The translations under genes were made by a program, and so were the position numbers. A stretch of 63,816 nucleotides of DNA, filler included, from Bigelowiella natans CCMP2755 (Eukaryota; Protista; Cercozoa): assembly GCA_000320545.1 (NCBI GenBank). It is 9 parts of 9 records of this genome, joined end to end, with 100 filler letters (N's around TTAATTAATTAA, not from the genome) between each part and the next. Parts side by side here need not be neighbours in the genome. Positions count along the whole stretch, not along the records: positions 1 to 25,007 come from ADNK01000964.1; positions 25,108 to 35,923 come from ADNK01001360.1; 7 more parts are not named here. One strand, given 5' to 3'. Below are positions 12,495 through 25,766 of this stretch, in pieces (the first letter of the stretch is position 1; every line of letters starts with the position of its first letter). Below the pieces are notes generated by a model. That model searched no databases. It had not been told where the DNA came from and saw nothing but the letters and a program-made list of their open reading frames with translations.

Positions 12495-14974
12495 ATTCAG
12501 TCGACAAGAGAGGCGGAGAGGGGATGGGGGTACAGGGATACAGGAATTTCGGGTGAGTTGTACGGTGAACTTAAGACTGTTGTACCACCCAATCGGAATC
12601 CCATCGGAATCGCCGTCCTCCATTTTTTATAAGATGACTATGATAAAAAGTTGTCGTACTTCACAAAATATGGATATTTACTAATATTTTATAATTATTT
12701 TGTAAATCGAAGTAACTGAATGTCCATGTGAGCAGCTGGCTGCTCCCATGAACATCCATCTATCCATACCCTAGTCAGTTTTTCGTTGGAACAAATTTAA
12801 ATAGATTTGGCTTACGCTCAACATTAAATCCAGAGAGATTTCTTCCAAAAGACGTGAAAATCTCACAATTTCGAGAATAATGCACCACTTTTAGCTCTTC
12901 ATCCGACCACGTATCCGATGAATTTTTTCGCTGAAATTCCAGGATTTTCTTACAGGCCTGTAGCATCTGACTTTTCCGATGATCACATTCTCCGAAAACC
13001 TAATTTCCTTTTTCATGCTTTCCTCTCCAGAGATTACTCCGATATTCCAAAAATCGGTGATGTGACGTTGAGGCATTTTGAGGACACAAATTCACATTTA
13101 TTACACAACAAATCCAAAATAGACAAGAAATGGAATGAGAAAACCGAGTAGGAAACCTGGGCAATCTTTGCAGATGAACAGCTCATTAGCTGGGAAATCC
13201 TGAAATCGCAAGTGTTTTAGATGAAATTACCATACACTAAACCAAACCTGGTAATAGTCCGTAATAAGTGTTCTTTTGCAGTTGAACGAGCATTTTCCCG
13301 AAATGCGAAGGAAAATGCTCAAGAATGGATAAGAAATCCAGGAAAAATGCAAGAGAATTTTGTTCGATAGGTAATCCGTAATCAAAGCTAAGAGAATATC
13401 CGTAATAAGCTTCCTTTCCCTTCGGTCCGGGCGGGCGTCACCAACAAATTAAACCCTGATGGCCGAGCCTCTCTTGGGTGCAATCCCTGGCTTCGCCAGG
13501 AATTTCATACCCTTCCTCATTTACTTTGTAGTGTGCCTCGTATCCTTCTTTATATCCTTCTACATGGCGTTGAAGGTAATGCACATGCATACAAAATAAT
13601 AAGCAAGACGAGAGAGGCCCACTTCCATTGGAGCAGTGCCTATTCACCAAAATTCTGAGTTATTTTATTTTGCCAACAGATAAAACCAACAAGACCTAAG
13701 AATACAGATACCATTGCTGATGCGGATCTTATTTTCTCGGTTTGAAGAATCAACATTTTCCAATACCTAGCATTTCAATGTCCGCTTGTAGGTTCCAATG
13801 TATAGTGGGCTCTCGATGCTAGCAATACTAGGAACCATAGAAGGAATGGAGGAAGGCTGGCAGTTTCATTGGTTTGGTTCAAGTGGACACTCTCGACATT
13901 TTGTAATGCTCTACGCGGCAGTGAACTTAATCCACATTCCGATCACATTATTTAAGGTAGTTTAGGTTCTCCATCTATTATCTGGATTCTTAACTCGTTT
14001 ATCCCTACAGAAACAAAATTTCAATTACAAAGTACTGATGAGCTTCCACCACGCAATAAGCATTACTTGCATGATGGGTACTTGAGCAAATTTAAGAGGA
14101 AATTACCTCGAATATAATTGCAAAGAGATACTGACATTATGACTTTGTGATGATCAGTTGGATTGCTCAATGATAGAATGTACTTTTTTGCGGCGATAGA
14201 TGGAATATGTGAGGTATATACCATGTCCTTCTTTGCCAAAGATGCAAATATGAGTGAATATATTTTCATTTCGGGTTACATTGTTCAAGTTGAACGTTTT
14301 GAACGAATGATTTGGATCAGATATCTACATTGATTCTCACTATTTTCTTCATCTTCAAAGAGGTAGCTTAACCGTTGTATTATTCTTTTAAGAAATGACG
14401 AAAACTTCTGTTCCTAAAGGGTTTATTAGGAAAAGGGCCTGTCATTGATAGGCTCGTAACTATTATTGGATTCATGTTATGGTTATCTTACCTGGTAAGA
14501 ACAAAACTGGGAGTATTGTCAGTGTTTGACTATTTGAACCATAACAGGTATTTAGAGTATTTCTGTTCCCTTTTTGGTTGTACCTATTCATAATTGAAGC
14601 CCGAGATAACTATGAAGAGGTAAGGTAAAATTTGCAAATTATGATTTAATTACTAAATCCATGTTTAAAAAAAGACCTTCGCTGTGGTATCACCAGTGGA
14701 AAGATATCTCTACCCGTAAGTTATTCATCTGAATTAAGAGACGTTACAATTGCTTCACATGATTTAACTTGTTGCTGATACCGTTGTGTCTAGGTTGTCG
14801 AACGTTTTCCTGTTTTTCCTCTCATTGCATTGGATGAAAAAAATTACAAAAGGAATGGTCAAAGCACTCAATATTAGTCAGCATAAATTAGGAAAAAGAA
14901 CTAGCACAATTAAGGAACAATAACATTAAGTCTAGTGAAAAAAAGGTAAAAGTCGCAATTCGAAAGTAAAAATA

Positions 14975-15012
<38 letters not shown>

Positions 15013-16180
15013 TTACAACCACATGCCAATAGACACAAAGGATTTTCATTACATTATCATTTTACACCCAACTAAGATCATACTTTCAACCACATCTTAC
15101 CCCAGCCCAAAAGTACAACAAGGTAGATTGAGCACGAGCTCTTTACTCTTAGCTAAAATTGCAAATTCAATGAAAAAATGTCGCCTACCAATTATGATAT
15201 ATCAACGGTCTAAAAAAACATAAATGCACGTATGGACTACATGTTGTCTATTGTCTAGATTATATGGTAGTAGTCGCTATATGTGCGAATAATAGCACGT
15301 TGCAGAATCCATCAAACCCGGTAACGACCGGGTTTTAATTTGCATGCGAGCTCCGATCGTATCTTTGGATACATCGGACAGGAAGAGATACAGAGAGGAC
15401 TGGGATCATCGCAATCTCATACATTTCTAGATAATTGGATCCCTCTCTGTTTCTACCAACATTTTGATTCCTTATCGCTGCGGTGCCTTCATGGCATATA
15501 GCTTTCACCGATCATCAGAGGTTGGAGCATTTGCGCTGTCTGCTAGCTTTAGTTCAATGCTATATGTGCTCACTGGCGGAAATGCCAATGTGATGAAGCT
15601 GCAAATACTATACAAGTAAATGCATGGTGCCGCGCACATCGCACACATGACGTCTAGACGATCTAGCGATGACTACGAGTTCGCTACAGTACGGCCTGTG
15701 TCGGCGCTAGTCTGTTATTGTCATCATTACAAGCAGCAGATCTATTCTAGTGTTATTAGATTACAGCGCGCGCGTACCGCACGTGCATTGTTATGTTCTG
15801 ACATTGATACATGTTTGGGCACAGTGTGCGCACATAACGACATGCATGCTAACACACATGGCTGGACGCTCAGTCTAACGTAGCACATCACTTGCACAGC
15901 TACATGAGGATGACCATTGAAAATTTTAATTATTTCATTACATCCGTCTTACATGCGAAAAATGTGACGCTAGCCCATTACATACACCTAGAGCGAGAAT
16001 CTGTGAAATTAAATGTGGGAACAATGAACTCAGCATTATTTACGACGTTCTAGTTATTTGCAGGTAGCCATAGTCAAGAGGGATCGAGGTATCGTGAACA
16101 TGTTATGCACGCATTTCAGGCGTCCCTTTCTTGTCTCCATAGCAGATATGTCCCGTCATTACCAGCGGCAGCTGGTTGCA

Positions 16181-17307
16181 TCATGGCAGGTCTGCTTTCT
16201 GTTTCTGGTTTGAGTTTCTACTTTGTGAAGAGTCATAGCCTCGCCTGACGCTCACCGTAGCCAAACCACTATTTTCCGATGGAGTTCTTTGTTGTAGTCC
16301 ACCCTCTAGTCTATTATTCTGTATTTCGGGGGCAGAACCTGGTATCGCAGCCTGTTGTGAAGGTTGACTCTTGGCATTTACACGTGTCTTGCTGTTGTTT
16401 TGAGGAGTAAAGACTCCAGTCAAACTTGGTGAAATTTCCGATGATTTGGCATTCGTAGCCGTCCGGGCTAGAACATGATAAGAGTGGGGAGGGGAGGTGC
16501 TCGGGAGAAAGGTCTGAGAGAAACGAAACAATTTTTCAATAAATGCAGTTACTGAAGTAACATATAGAAGCTATCTGATTCAGACGATATGTTTACCTTG
16601 TAGCGTGGTTGATATCGGTTCATCCTATGCATACGTCTCTCCTCGTTCCAAATTCGGATTCTTTTCGCATGTTGTACGTGTACATGAAGCAAGTCTTTGC
16701 AAGACATCACGCTTGATGCATTTGGCTTTGCCCCTTCCCTCTGTACAATACATAAATTAAAGATTTAATCATAAGTTTAGTCAGAACCAACGGAAAGTTT
16801 TTGTGTCCAGTATCCAGATAATTCAGAATTGACGAAAATCTAAGTAACATTTGTGGAATCCAGAAGCAGCGCACTCTCCAGATTTCGTTTCCGGACTGAT
16901 TTGAAGATATTTGATTCAACAGAATTAATTTAACTAGATTCACATTGATTTCATACCCTTTGTATCAACGCGAGAAAGAGGGCACGTCTTTTCTGCAGAG
17001 ATACTCGAGTGTGGAAGCGGGTTTGGGAGAGAGGGAATGGGTTCCCAGTCCTGAGGTTCTTCGGTAATCAGCGATCCTCCCGCGTTCGCGAGACCGTTCT
17101 CGGTCCATGAACGAGCCATAATATACCTGCATGAAACGCTAGTTCAGAAACATCAAGGGTTGACAACGGGCGGACGGACAGTGATAGGGGTAAACATTTG
17201 GCTTGGTCCGACGCCATGTTTTTAGGTTGTGAAATGCTGTTTTCAGAAGTTCCTCGCTCTTCTCTCTGCTGTTCCTTTCCAACGACAGAAATCCCCTGCG
17301 AAGTCAT
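16181..17307 (-). CDS. LIN37: LIN37-like DREAM/MuvB subunit (multi-exon; middle exons uncertain)
   Basis: Splicing the 17127-17179 intron gives PLSLYIMARSWTENG, then LPNPLP; a later exon (~16597-16740) reads KDLLHVHVQHAKRIRIWNEERRMHRMNRYQPRYK. These match the three conserved LIN37 blocks in order. Confidence 0.7.
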
Positions 17308-17642
17308 ATGGCGCCTTAGCCGTTTTTCTCCTCACGCTTGTCGGCTAAAACACAGGTCGTTTTGACCCTAATTTAGGAATCGTTGACGAAATTTTTATTT
17401 CAACGCGAATCGGATATCTCCTGCTCCGCATGTATTGGGAAAGGATGTAATTAATGCCTTAATGCTTATGAATATCCAGTCGCAATCAATAATTATAATT
17501 ATTTACCAAATTATTTTGTATCCAGGCATATTAAGAAAATCTGAGAAAGCCCCGAGACGAAACGTAAACTGGGCCCCCCACGAACTGGAAATCGTTTTAA
17601 CTAGCACAAGCAAAACAGTTTCATTCTTCGAAGGCATAGAAT

Positions 17643-18701
17643 ATGTCCAGGGCTGTTCTTCAGGTGAATCAGATAGATCATATATGCCAATTGCATGTAT
17701 CTTGCAAGTATCGACGTGTAGACATCAGAGATGAGTCATCTCACTTTCATTAAGTGGTTCGCTGAAAGCCATCGAATTTCCTGTATCAGGTTTTTGAAAA
17801 ATACCAGGCTGCCCGCACAGCTTTCGTCCAAACAGTAGCAGAGCTTGCACACAGACCGCAGAACATCGAGGCTCTCCAAAATGCTGGAGTTATGTCGCTG
17901 CTTCGTCCGCTGTTGCTAGATACAGTAGCTAGTATTCAACAGTCAGCTGCTCTAGCTCTTGGTAGACTTGCAAACTATTCTGAAGAGCTGGCAGAGGCGG
18001 TGGTAATGAATGAGGTTCTACCACAGCTTGTGTACTCCCTCGAGAAACAGAACGTAATTGTGACAAACATGTATTTGTGTTCATGCAAACGTAGCTGGTG
18101 TGTGTCTGTCTGTGTGTCTGTGTGTCTGTGTGTGTGTCTGTGTATTTACGGTTTCAGTAATTAAACCCGAATTTTATCTGGTGGTTAGAGAATTGAAGGG
18201 AAATTCTTACATTTCGTGCATTTAAAACCATGTTTCTTATGGTATCTCAGAGGTTCTACAAAAAGACCGCCGCGTTCGTTCTTAAGGCAGTTGCCAAACA
18301 TTCACCTCAACTAGCAAAGGCTGTTGTAGATGCGAAGTCCCTAGATGCTCTTGTAGGCTGCCTCAGGGAATTTGAGCCATCAGTCAAGGAAGCTGCGTGC
18401 TGGGCGTTGGGCTACATCGCACGACACACCGCGCCTCTGGCGCAATCAGTTGTAGATGCCGGAGCCGTCCCCTTGCTTATCCTCTGTCTTCAAGAGCCGG
18501 AGCTTTCTTTGAAACGCATTGCTGCGTCTACGCTCGGAGAAATTTGCAAGCATTCTCCTGAACTGGCCCAGGTCGTCGTTGACCAGAGCGGGGTTCCTTT
18601 CGTGGCACAATTGGTTACTCACCACGACAGCAAACTGAAGAGACAGGTGTGCCAATGCCTATCTCAAATCGCAAGCACACTGTGGATCTTGCTGAGGTGA
18701 G

Positions 18702-18770
<69 letters not shown>

Positions 18771-19766
18771 TATTATGTGAATTTCGTGTGAATGTGTGTA
18801 TGTGTAAGTGTGTGTGATATGAAATTCTCTTTCATATATGCAGGTTGTGGTAGAAACTGAGATTTTCACCCGGACGAAGCTCTTTAGCGTTCTCAAGGAT
18901 ACTGATTCGGTAGCGCGAAGGAACGCCGCGACGTGCGTGAGAGAAGTTGTAAAGCATGCGCCAGAGCTTGCACAGCTTATCGTCAATAACGGTGGCCATG
19001 CTGCTATCATCGACTACATCAATAAAGCAAAGGGTGCATCTCGATTACCTGGTATCATGACTCTGGGCTACATTGCTGCGTTCTCCCCTACACTGGCTAC
19101 GATACTTATTACGAGCCAGGGCATTCGACCTCTCAAAGACGCTCTCATTTCTGAGCCTGAGGATCACATAAAAGCAGCTAGTGCATGGTCTCTGGGACAA
19201 ATTGGTCGTCATTCTCCTGGTAATGCTTACTCTCCTCACCGTAAATTTTTTTGGTATAATTTTGAGTAGTTACCAAATGCAATGCTTGTCAGAACTTGCC
19301 TAAATCAATTTTCTCCTATATTTTTATAATTATAGATCATGCCCAAGCACTCGCTGTTGCTGATGTATTCCGTCGTCTGGTCGAAGTGTTCGAAAACGAA
19401 AACTCTTCCACTGATTTAAAACAAAAATCGCAACGTGCTCTGAAGAGCGTCCTGCAGAAGTGCACGCACTACAAATCTCTTGAGCCTCTGCTCCTAACTG
19501 CGCCCCCAAAGATTCTTAAATACATCGTAGGGCAGTTTGCTAAAATCTTACCAACAAACCCAAAAGCAAGGAAATCGTTTGTGCAAAGTAAAGGATTGCA
19601 GAAGATCCAGGAGCTCAAGATGAGTGGGAACAATGACCTTCTACAATACATCGACGTCATTAACAAAAAGTTCCCACCAGAGATCGTGGATTACTATTCG
19701 CCTAATTACGCCGAGAAACTGTTGCAGAAAATAGAAACAAATGATGAGGATGATGTCAAAGAATAA
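17643..19766 (+). CDS. SPAG6: Armadillo-repeat axonemal central-pair protein SPAG6/PF16 (apparent 1-nt frameshift near 18673)
   Basis: MSRAVLQ|VFEKYQAARTAFVQTVAELA, QQSAALALGRLANYS, RFYKKTAAFVL, EPEDHIKAASAWSLGQIGRHSP, FPPEIVDYYSPNYAEKLL. Confidence 0.95.
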
Positions 19767-21032
19767 GGGAAATCTTTCTCACAATTAGGGACGTTTTTCA
19801 AGATTAATTTGCAGTATATACACTATTAACACGCTTTGGTTCAGGTCATGATACAAGTGTTAACACTGCGCATGATGTATCGACTTCAGCATAGCTAACT
19901 ATATATTTAGTGTAGTCTCACACACGCCGCTGCTAATGAGTCCATGCTCCGCATGCATGTGCACGTGCATGCATCTATGTCCATCGCATCATAGCATGAT
20001 GCCGCGTGGTCACGACCCTCAAATTTTCCCTGTCCCGTTTTTGTTGTAGCGCTCACTTTTGTCTCTCTTCTCTCAGCCTTCAGTGTTTCAAGATTTAGAC
20101 AATCAATATCGCGCGCCCTGCATCGCAATTGCTTGCATGTGTGTAGCAGTCTAGCTATGGCCTACGTACAGTCACCGTTCGATTCAAGCTACTAGCAAGC
20201 ACCGCGTGTGATGCGCAGCTGCATGTACTAGTGTACGGTACGTGGCCACATGTGACGCCAGCGCCGCCCCGCATGCATGAGCCTGACTAACCTAAAGCAG
20301 TAACAAAGCAGGTATGCACACGCACATCACGTGATGAAGCCGAAGTCATGATGCTGATCCATGCGACTAGCACATAGCTAGCATAGCAATGCCTCCCTCA
20401 TCATCACGCCTAGCTAAGTATCATGCTAATCATGCAAGCTAAACTCACTTAGCCTCGATCGTCCTCCGGACTCTAGTCCTATATACCTACACACAAAGCA
20501 TGTGCGGCGCCGCGTGCGCAGCTGCGCTATAGCGCATGCTGTGGACACAAATATACGCACGGCTATGCTAGCTAGCAGACGGCGGTGTCATATGGCACGT
20601 ACGTGCATGCAGCCACAGCATGCTGCTGGCAAGCTGGCAAGCTGGCAATGCACTCATCAGCACACGTGCACGACGCAATGACAAGAAGCACGATCCAGCA
20701 AGATCGAGCGATGCCACATGACGCAAGTGCAACGTGCATGCCGGCAATTTTGCCACTGTCGATGGTGGGGAAATGAAATGTGGGGCATGGTCTATGCACG
20801 GCGTCACACGTGCGCACATGATGGCTACTTGCGCACCATTGCCGCACACTTCAAGGACATGTTGCTCTTCTGTACGGAATGATGTCGTCATCACAATGTC
20901 AAAAAAAAAGAACATGCCATCATGAGTCTACTGAGCACATTTTGGATGGCAAAACCTGAGTGTCATCGCATTTTGCCAGAGAAATAATGTTCGGATATGT
21001 CGCGAAATGAGCCTAACCTACCCTTGTAGATT

Positions 21033-22538
21033 TTAAAGACCTTTCCAAACCCTCTTCATCATGAGCTCAAAATAGTCATCACTGTCTATGGTTGCGCTAA
21101 TTAGTTTGTAATAGTCCTGCCATTCTTCTAGGGTAATGACACCGTCTTGAACTCCAGCCTTTTCGAAGTGATTGAGAAATTGGGAGAGGACTTGTGTTCC
21201 AGTCATTTTCCCGTCCAAAACTTCAGGGTCACTCGCAGGAGTGTACACACCTTTTAAATCCTGGAGAGTAATTTTGCCATCGCGCGTCTTATCCATAATT
21301 TTAAAAGCACCGTTGATAAGCATTATTCGCCTGTTGTTAGGCTCGTCACTAAGGCCGAGCAAAAATTCGTTGTAGTTCAATTTTCCATTTTTATCCTTGT
21401 CGTAACTGCTAAAAGCTAGCTTGTATTCCTCTGGTTTGAGATGAACACCCTTCTCCTTGAGTCCTTTTGTGAATTCCTCCTCAGTAAGGATCCCATCTGA
21501 ATTAGAATTCATGGTCCGAAAGATTTGTTTCAGTGAAGCAAGACCACGAATGCCTCCCCTCTTTATGAGTTCATTTTTTATTGTTTGGAGCGCGATGCGT
21601 AGAGGTCGATCCCCATCTTTCGTCATTCCCGCCTCCATGGAGGGATCACTAGCCGTCAAGAACGCCCAGAAATTTGCAGATGTTTCTCCTTTGGCCGCGT
21701 TGTCAGCTGTGAGCCTCCCAGCCTTTTCATGCATAAGGACCTGCTTTCTCTTTGTTGACGTTTGCGTGTCACAGCAGACCTCGAATTCAGTGCCAAAGTC
21801 ATTATGGTACTTGTTCATGTCGCTACAGAGGCCCTTTCCAGTACGTTTATGGAGAATCACTATCTCAGCGTTGCAAGGAACCGGCAGCCCATCGTACTCA
21901 AACCTGGTGTTCACATCTCGATGCCCAACCTTGAAGACTGTATCAACACTGCTGTCGACAGACATATTGACCAGTTGTTTTTTGGAAATCTTGGAGAACT
22001 GCATTGGACTAAGCGGCACGGATGCAAGCTGGAGTTGCTTTTTCGTTAGTAGGGGGTTTACTTTCAACGTGAAGGATTGGCCAAACAGCAAATAGTCCCC
22101 GGTCTTCGTCTTTTTATCTCCAGGTGCAACTGAAATCACAAACACATTTCTCGCAACCGGCCCTTTGGTGACTGTTGAAGTGGTAACTGCGTATGCTTCG
22201 ATGTTGCCGGCATCCCTATCAGTAATGTCTGTCGACAAGACGCCTTCAGTCCTCACAGAGTATAGCATGACATAATCCCCAAAACGAACGTTTCCGTCTT
22301 TCGAGTATGTAAGCCCCGAAGGCTTGAGACTTCCTTGCATATTCCTATGAATTTGATTGATCATAAGCTGGCCACGAGCTTTCCTCTCCAGATACTTTCG
22401 GATTTTATCCTAAAACACAAGCAAAATCACAACGCTACCGATAGGGGCAAATGCAATGCGCACCTCTTGCAAGTTGAGATCCTCATACCAATTTCCGATT
22501 CGAGTCTTTCTCGAGTACCTCGCTGGCCCTTCGTCCAT
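21033..22538 (-). CDS. CFAP161-like domain fused to calcyphosin-like EF-hand region; intron 22410-22463
   Basis: MDEGPARYSRKTRIGNWYED...|DKIRKYLERKARGQL...DGNVRFGDYVML (CFAP161-like); EF loops NSNSDGILTEEE, DKDKNGKLNYNE, DKTRDGKITLQD; calcyphosin tail YYKLISATIDSDDYFELMMKRVWK. Confidence 0.85.
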
Positions 22539-22869
22539 TATTTTACGGTTGAGCGGGGTGTTGCAATCTGGCGTTACTCAGGCGTACAAAGGGGAGAGGT
22601 TTAAGATCAAAACGGGAACTAGAAATTTGACAAATGTCATAAATGCAATATATTTTGGTTATAAGACAACATAAAATAGTTATTTTATGCGTTTTCCTGA
22701 GAGGCGTTTCCTAACCAAATAAGAATCGTTTTATGTCTCAATCGCACGGAAATGGCCCCATTAAGCCTCCCGCTTTTTTTAAAAATAAATAAAAATCGGT
22801 GTGTTTTGGTCGCGCAATTGCTCGAAATCTTGTGTTCTCAAAAAGCAACATTTTTATCGGATATATTAC

Positions 22870-23984
22870 CGATGCCACCTTGTGTCCGCTCACTGGTCGA
22901 GGCATATCTGGATGTGGAACCATAAGCGTCTTCAAGGGAAGGGGTCGTTTCATACACCGGAACATATCGTATGAAAAGCGAGCAGGAGTTTCGATTTGTT
23001 GTATTTGTTGTGCAGCTGATAGGTTTTGCGCAGGCTCCAGGTATAACTACTACCGAGCAGACCGGCACGCACAGATCACGTCGGTGATTTTGTTGACGAC
23101 CCCGGTTTGCCGAGAGCACATTTCGCACAACCAGAGTTCGCGCTTGTTACACGCTGTGTCGGCCGCCGCAGACCGCCACGTGGGAATCGCTTTGTTTTCT
23201 CACCCTCGAGCTCGGCAGATCAGATGCAGCTTGTGTGCAGGAACGACATTGCGCCTGCAGCCGTTGTGTGGGCGGACGGGGAGAGTGTAGGGGAAGGAAG
23301 AAGCAGCGAACAACACGTCGCCGTCACACACCCAACTCTTGGAGTGCAAGTATACACGGTATGTGCACAATAATTGACCACTCGCTTATCTACGCATTAA
23401 GTTGCTGATTACCAAGGCGTTGATTGTGAATGTATTACACTTGCAGGGTAGCTCGTTCTCCCTTAAAGCAACATTTATCTGCCCCCCTGGAGAGAAGCCC
23501 CTGGCTGCTCCTATTGTCCCACATGCTACCTCAGGTCATTGTAGAATAATAGTATGATGCAACACTTGCAATTCTTGCTGTTTCGTAAAATAATGGTAAC
23601 TTAAAATGTGAGGTTCTACAGTAAATTATTGTCTATGTTATTTATGGGGTTAGTATGAAAACACGCGCTCGCAAGAGCGCATAGAATTTCAAAAGATTAT
23701 GTCACGAAGTTATCATATATGATCGACGACTTATATTACAAATGAAAGGCCAACTGCTGTGCCTTCAAGATGACGGTTTGAGCGCTTTGGCATGGAAAAT
23801 CGGTCATGGGGAATCTTTAGAACGATCTGCGAGGAAGCTCCAACTTCGAGACTCAGGGGTCCCGGGAATAGCAGCCATATCTAGCATTGGGATTATACCG
23901 GAGATTGTTGGATTCGATGATGATGGCACTGTGTCGATGCTGCAGATTCCGAAGTCACCAGAGGAAACAAAGGTGTCTTTCTAA
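22870..23984 (+). CDS. Hypothetical multi-exon protein, 5' structure unresolved
   Basis: Open segments bounded by GT/AG (..LGVQVYT|GSSFSLKATFICPP.. and final ..VGFDDDGTVSMLQIP..SF stop); no family recognised. Confidence 0.3.
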
Positions 23985-25007
23985 TCCACACGACTACGCG
24001 TACAACGGCAGAAGTTATGTCGTCAAGTTGGTCGAATACCGACCGCTATTTTAATCAATATCTTGTGTATTTTTTTAAAAACAAGGTTGTTACTAGCGCT
24101 CGGTTCCGCCCACAAAGCATGAAGAAAGAGGGGAGGAGACGTTTAGTATGGTCCAACACATTCCACGGGGTCCGACAACAATCAAATCAAACGCACCACT
24201 TTTTAGAATAATTAAATGCAAAATCACACACTTAGAGATTATAGACTGTGTTGTTTGCTGAGGAAAGATACCGAACACAACACTCCATAACTTCTCCCGA
24301 CAAAACACGCAAACCAGCGTAGTGTGTACGTGCTCGCGAGTGTACGCGTCCCATTCTTCACGTCAGAACAAATTGAGGGCCCTGCGGTTGTATGTTGACA
24401 GGGCGGGAAGACTCGAGGGTTCGGACTTGCGATTTATGAAGAAGAAGAAGAAGAGAATGGTGAAAGTAGGACGGTTGGAGAGGGCGCTACTGAGACAAAG
24501 AGCAACAGGAGGAGGAGTGCGAGAAAGAGGCGGAACTCCAAGACGTCAAAGCCCCAAAGCGATCCAGCTCCAACGCGAAAGCATAATCATCCATATACCC
24601 TCAACACGTTTGCGTTTTCGAGAGGGGGAGGGGGTGGCACATCTTCGAAGAAGAGTCATGCGAATGCGCCTATAAGACTGCTGAACTCAATGACACTCCG
24701 GCCACCGTCGCTGGTATGGATAGCAAGAAACACTGGAGGGGGGGGGGGGGGGGTCGTACGTGCCTCCTCTCTTTGATCTGATATTATCTTCAACTTGCAA
24801 TATGTGGGATCCGACAGACTCCACTCTCTCCATCTCTCCATCTCATTAGCAAGAAAGAAATCCGTTGTAGTATCTCATTTCCCTCTTAATCATGTTATTT
24901 CTCTCTCATCATCCAGGGTCATATTGATATCACATGTTAGAAGTTTCTAGTATTGAATTTTGATCTAATTTGGATGATGAGACTAGGGCAGCGTCTCTCT
25001 CCTACTT

Positions 25008-25107
25008 NNNNNNNNNNNNNNNNNNNNNNNNNNNNNNNNNNNNNNNNNNNNTTAATTAATTAANNNNNNNNNNNNNNNNNNNNNNNNNNNNNNNNNNNNN
25101 NNNNNNN
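25008..25107. other. Artificial contig linker; identical linkers at 35924-36023, 37795-37894, 39690-39789, 45433-45532, 54953-55052, 59352-59451, 61425-61524
   Basis: N44-TTAATTAATTAA-N44 (stops in all six frames), exactly 100 bp each. Confidence 0.99.
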
Positions 25108-25603
25108 ATTTCCAGTTGCAATGATAATAATTCATTCTTCTCCTGCTTCATCCTATTATGCATTCCTTCCTTCCTCCTCCTCCTCTTTTCCTTTCTGTCA
25201 TCATTCTTTCGTAAACAACATCTAAAATCTGCCGCTGTTCCGCTGTTGTTGCTACTAGTTCGTACCGTGTATGAGAGCTTGTCATGTCTGTGAATCGTAA
25301 ACGTAGTCGCTGTTCTCCTTGCAACAGGTCCCCTCAGAGAACCGCTTGAGCTGCTCATAGAAGACCCCCTTCTTCCCAACTGGTAGGCCGTGCTCTTCTG
25401 CTTCCTTGGCAACTGTACGACACCTCCGCTGCTACCCATTTCTCTGTGCGTGGCGGGGGGGGGGGGGGGGGATTATAGCAATAATAGTAATAATAGTAAT
25501 AATAATAATAATAACAAACAACACTGATCCCACGCAGTACTACAGTAGGAGGAGTAGTAGTAGTAGTAGTAGCGCTAGTAGCATCTGGTTACTGCTTTGT
25601 TGA

Positions 25604-25723
25604 TACCCGGATATTTGCAGATGATGAATACGTTGAAGGCGCAGTTTACTAGCGTGGCAATCCTGTCGAAATGGATGCTTTGTTTGAATATCTCCAATAT
25701 ATATATTTGTAAAACAATCTCTC

Positions 25724-25766
<43 letters not shown>

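Noticed and set aside
11194-12623. RNase H gene 1 kb from the retrotransposon as an extra element-borne RNase H
   Set aside because: It lies outside the LTRs and TSD, is on the opposite strand, has an intron and a cellular RNase H1 architecture.
12660-15200. Possible multi-exon gene between RNASEH1 and LIN37
   Set aside because: Splice-like signals occur on both strands but I could not build a stop-free model or recognise a family.
15388-15397. GATACAGAGA resembling the U6 snRNA ACAGAGA box
   Set aside because: Flanking sequence does not match U6.
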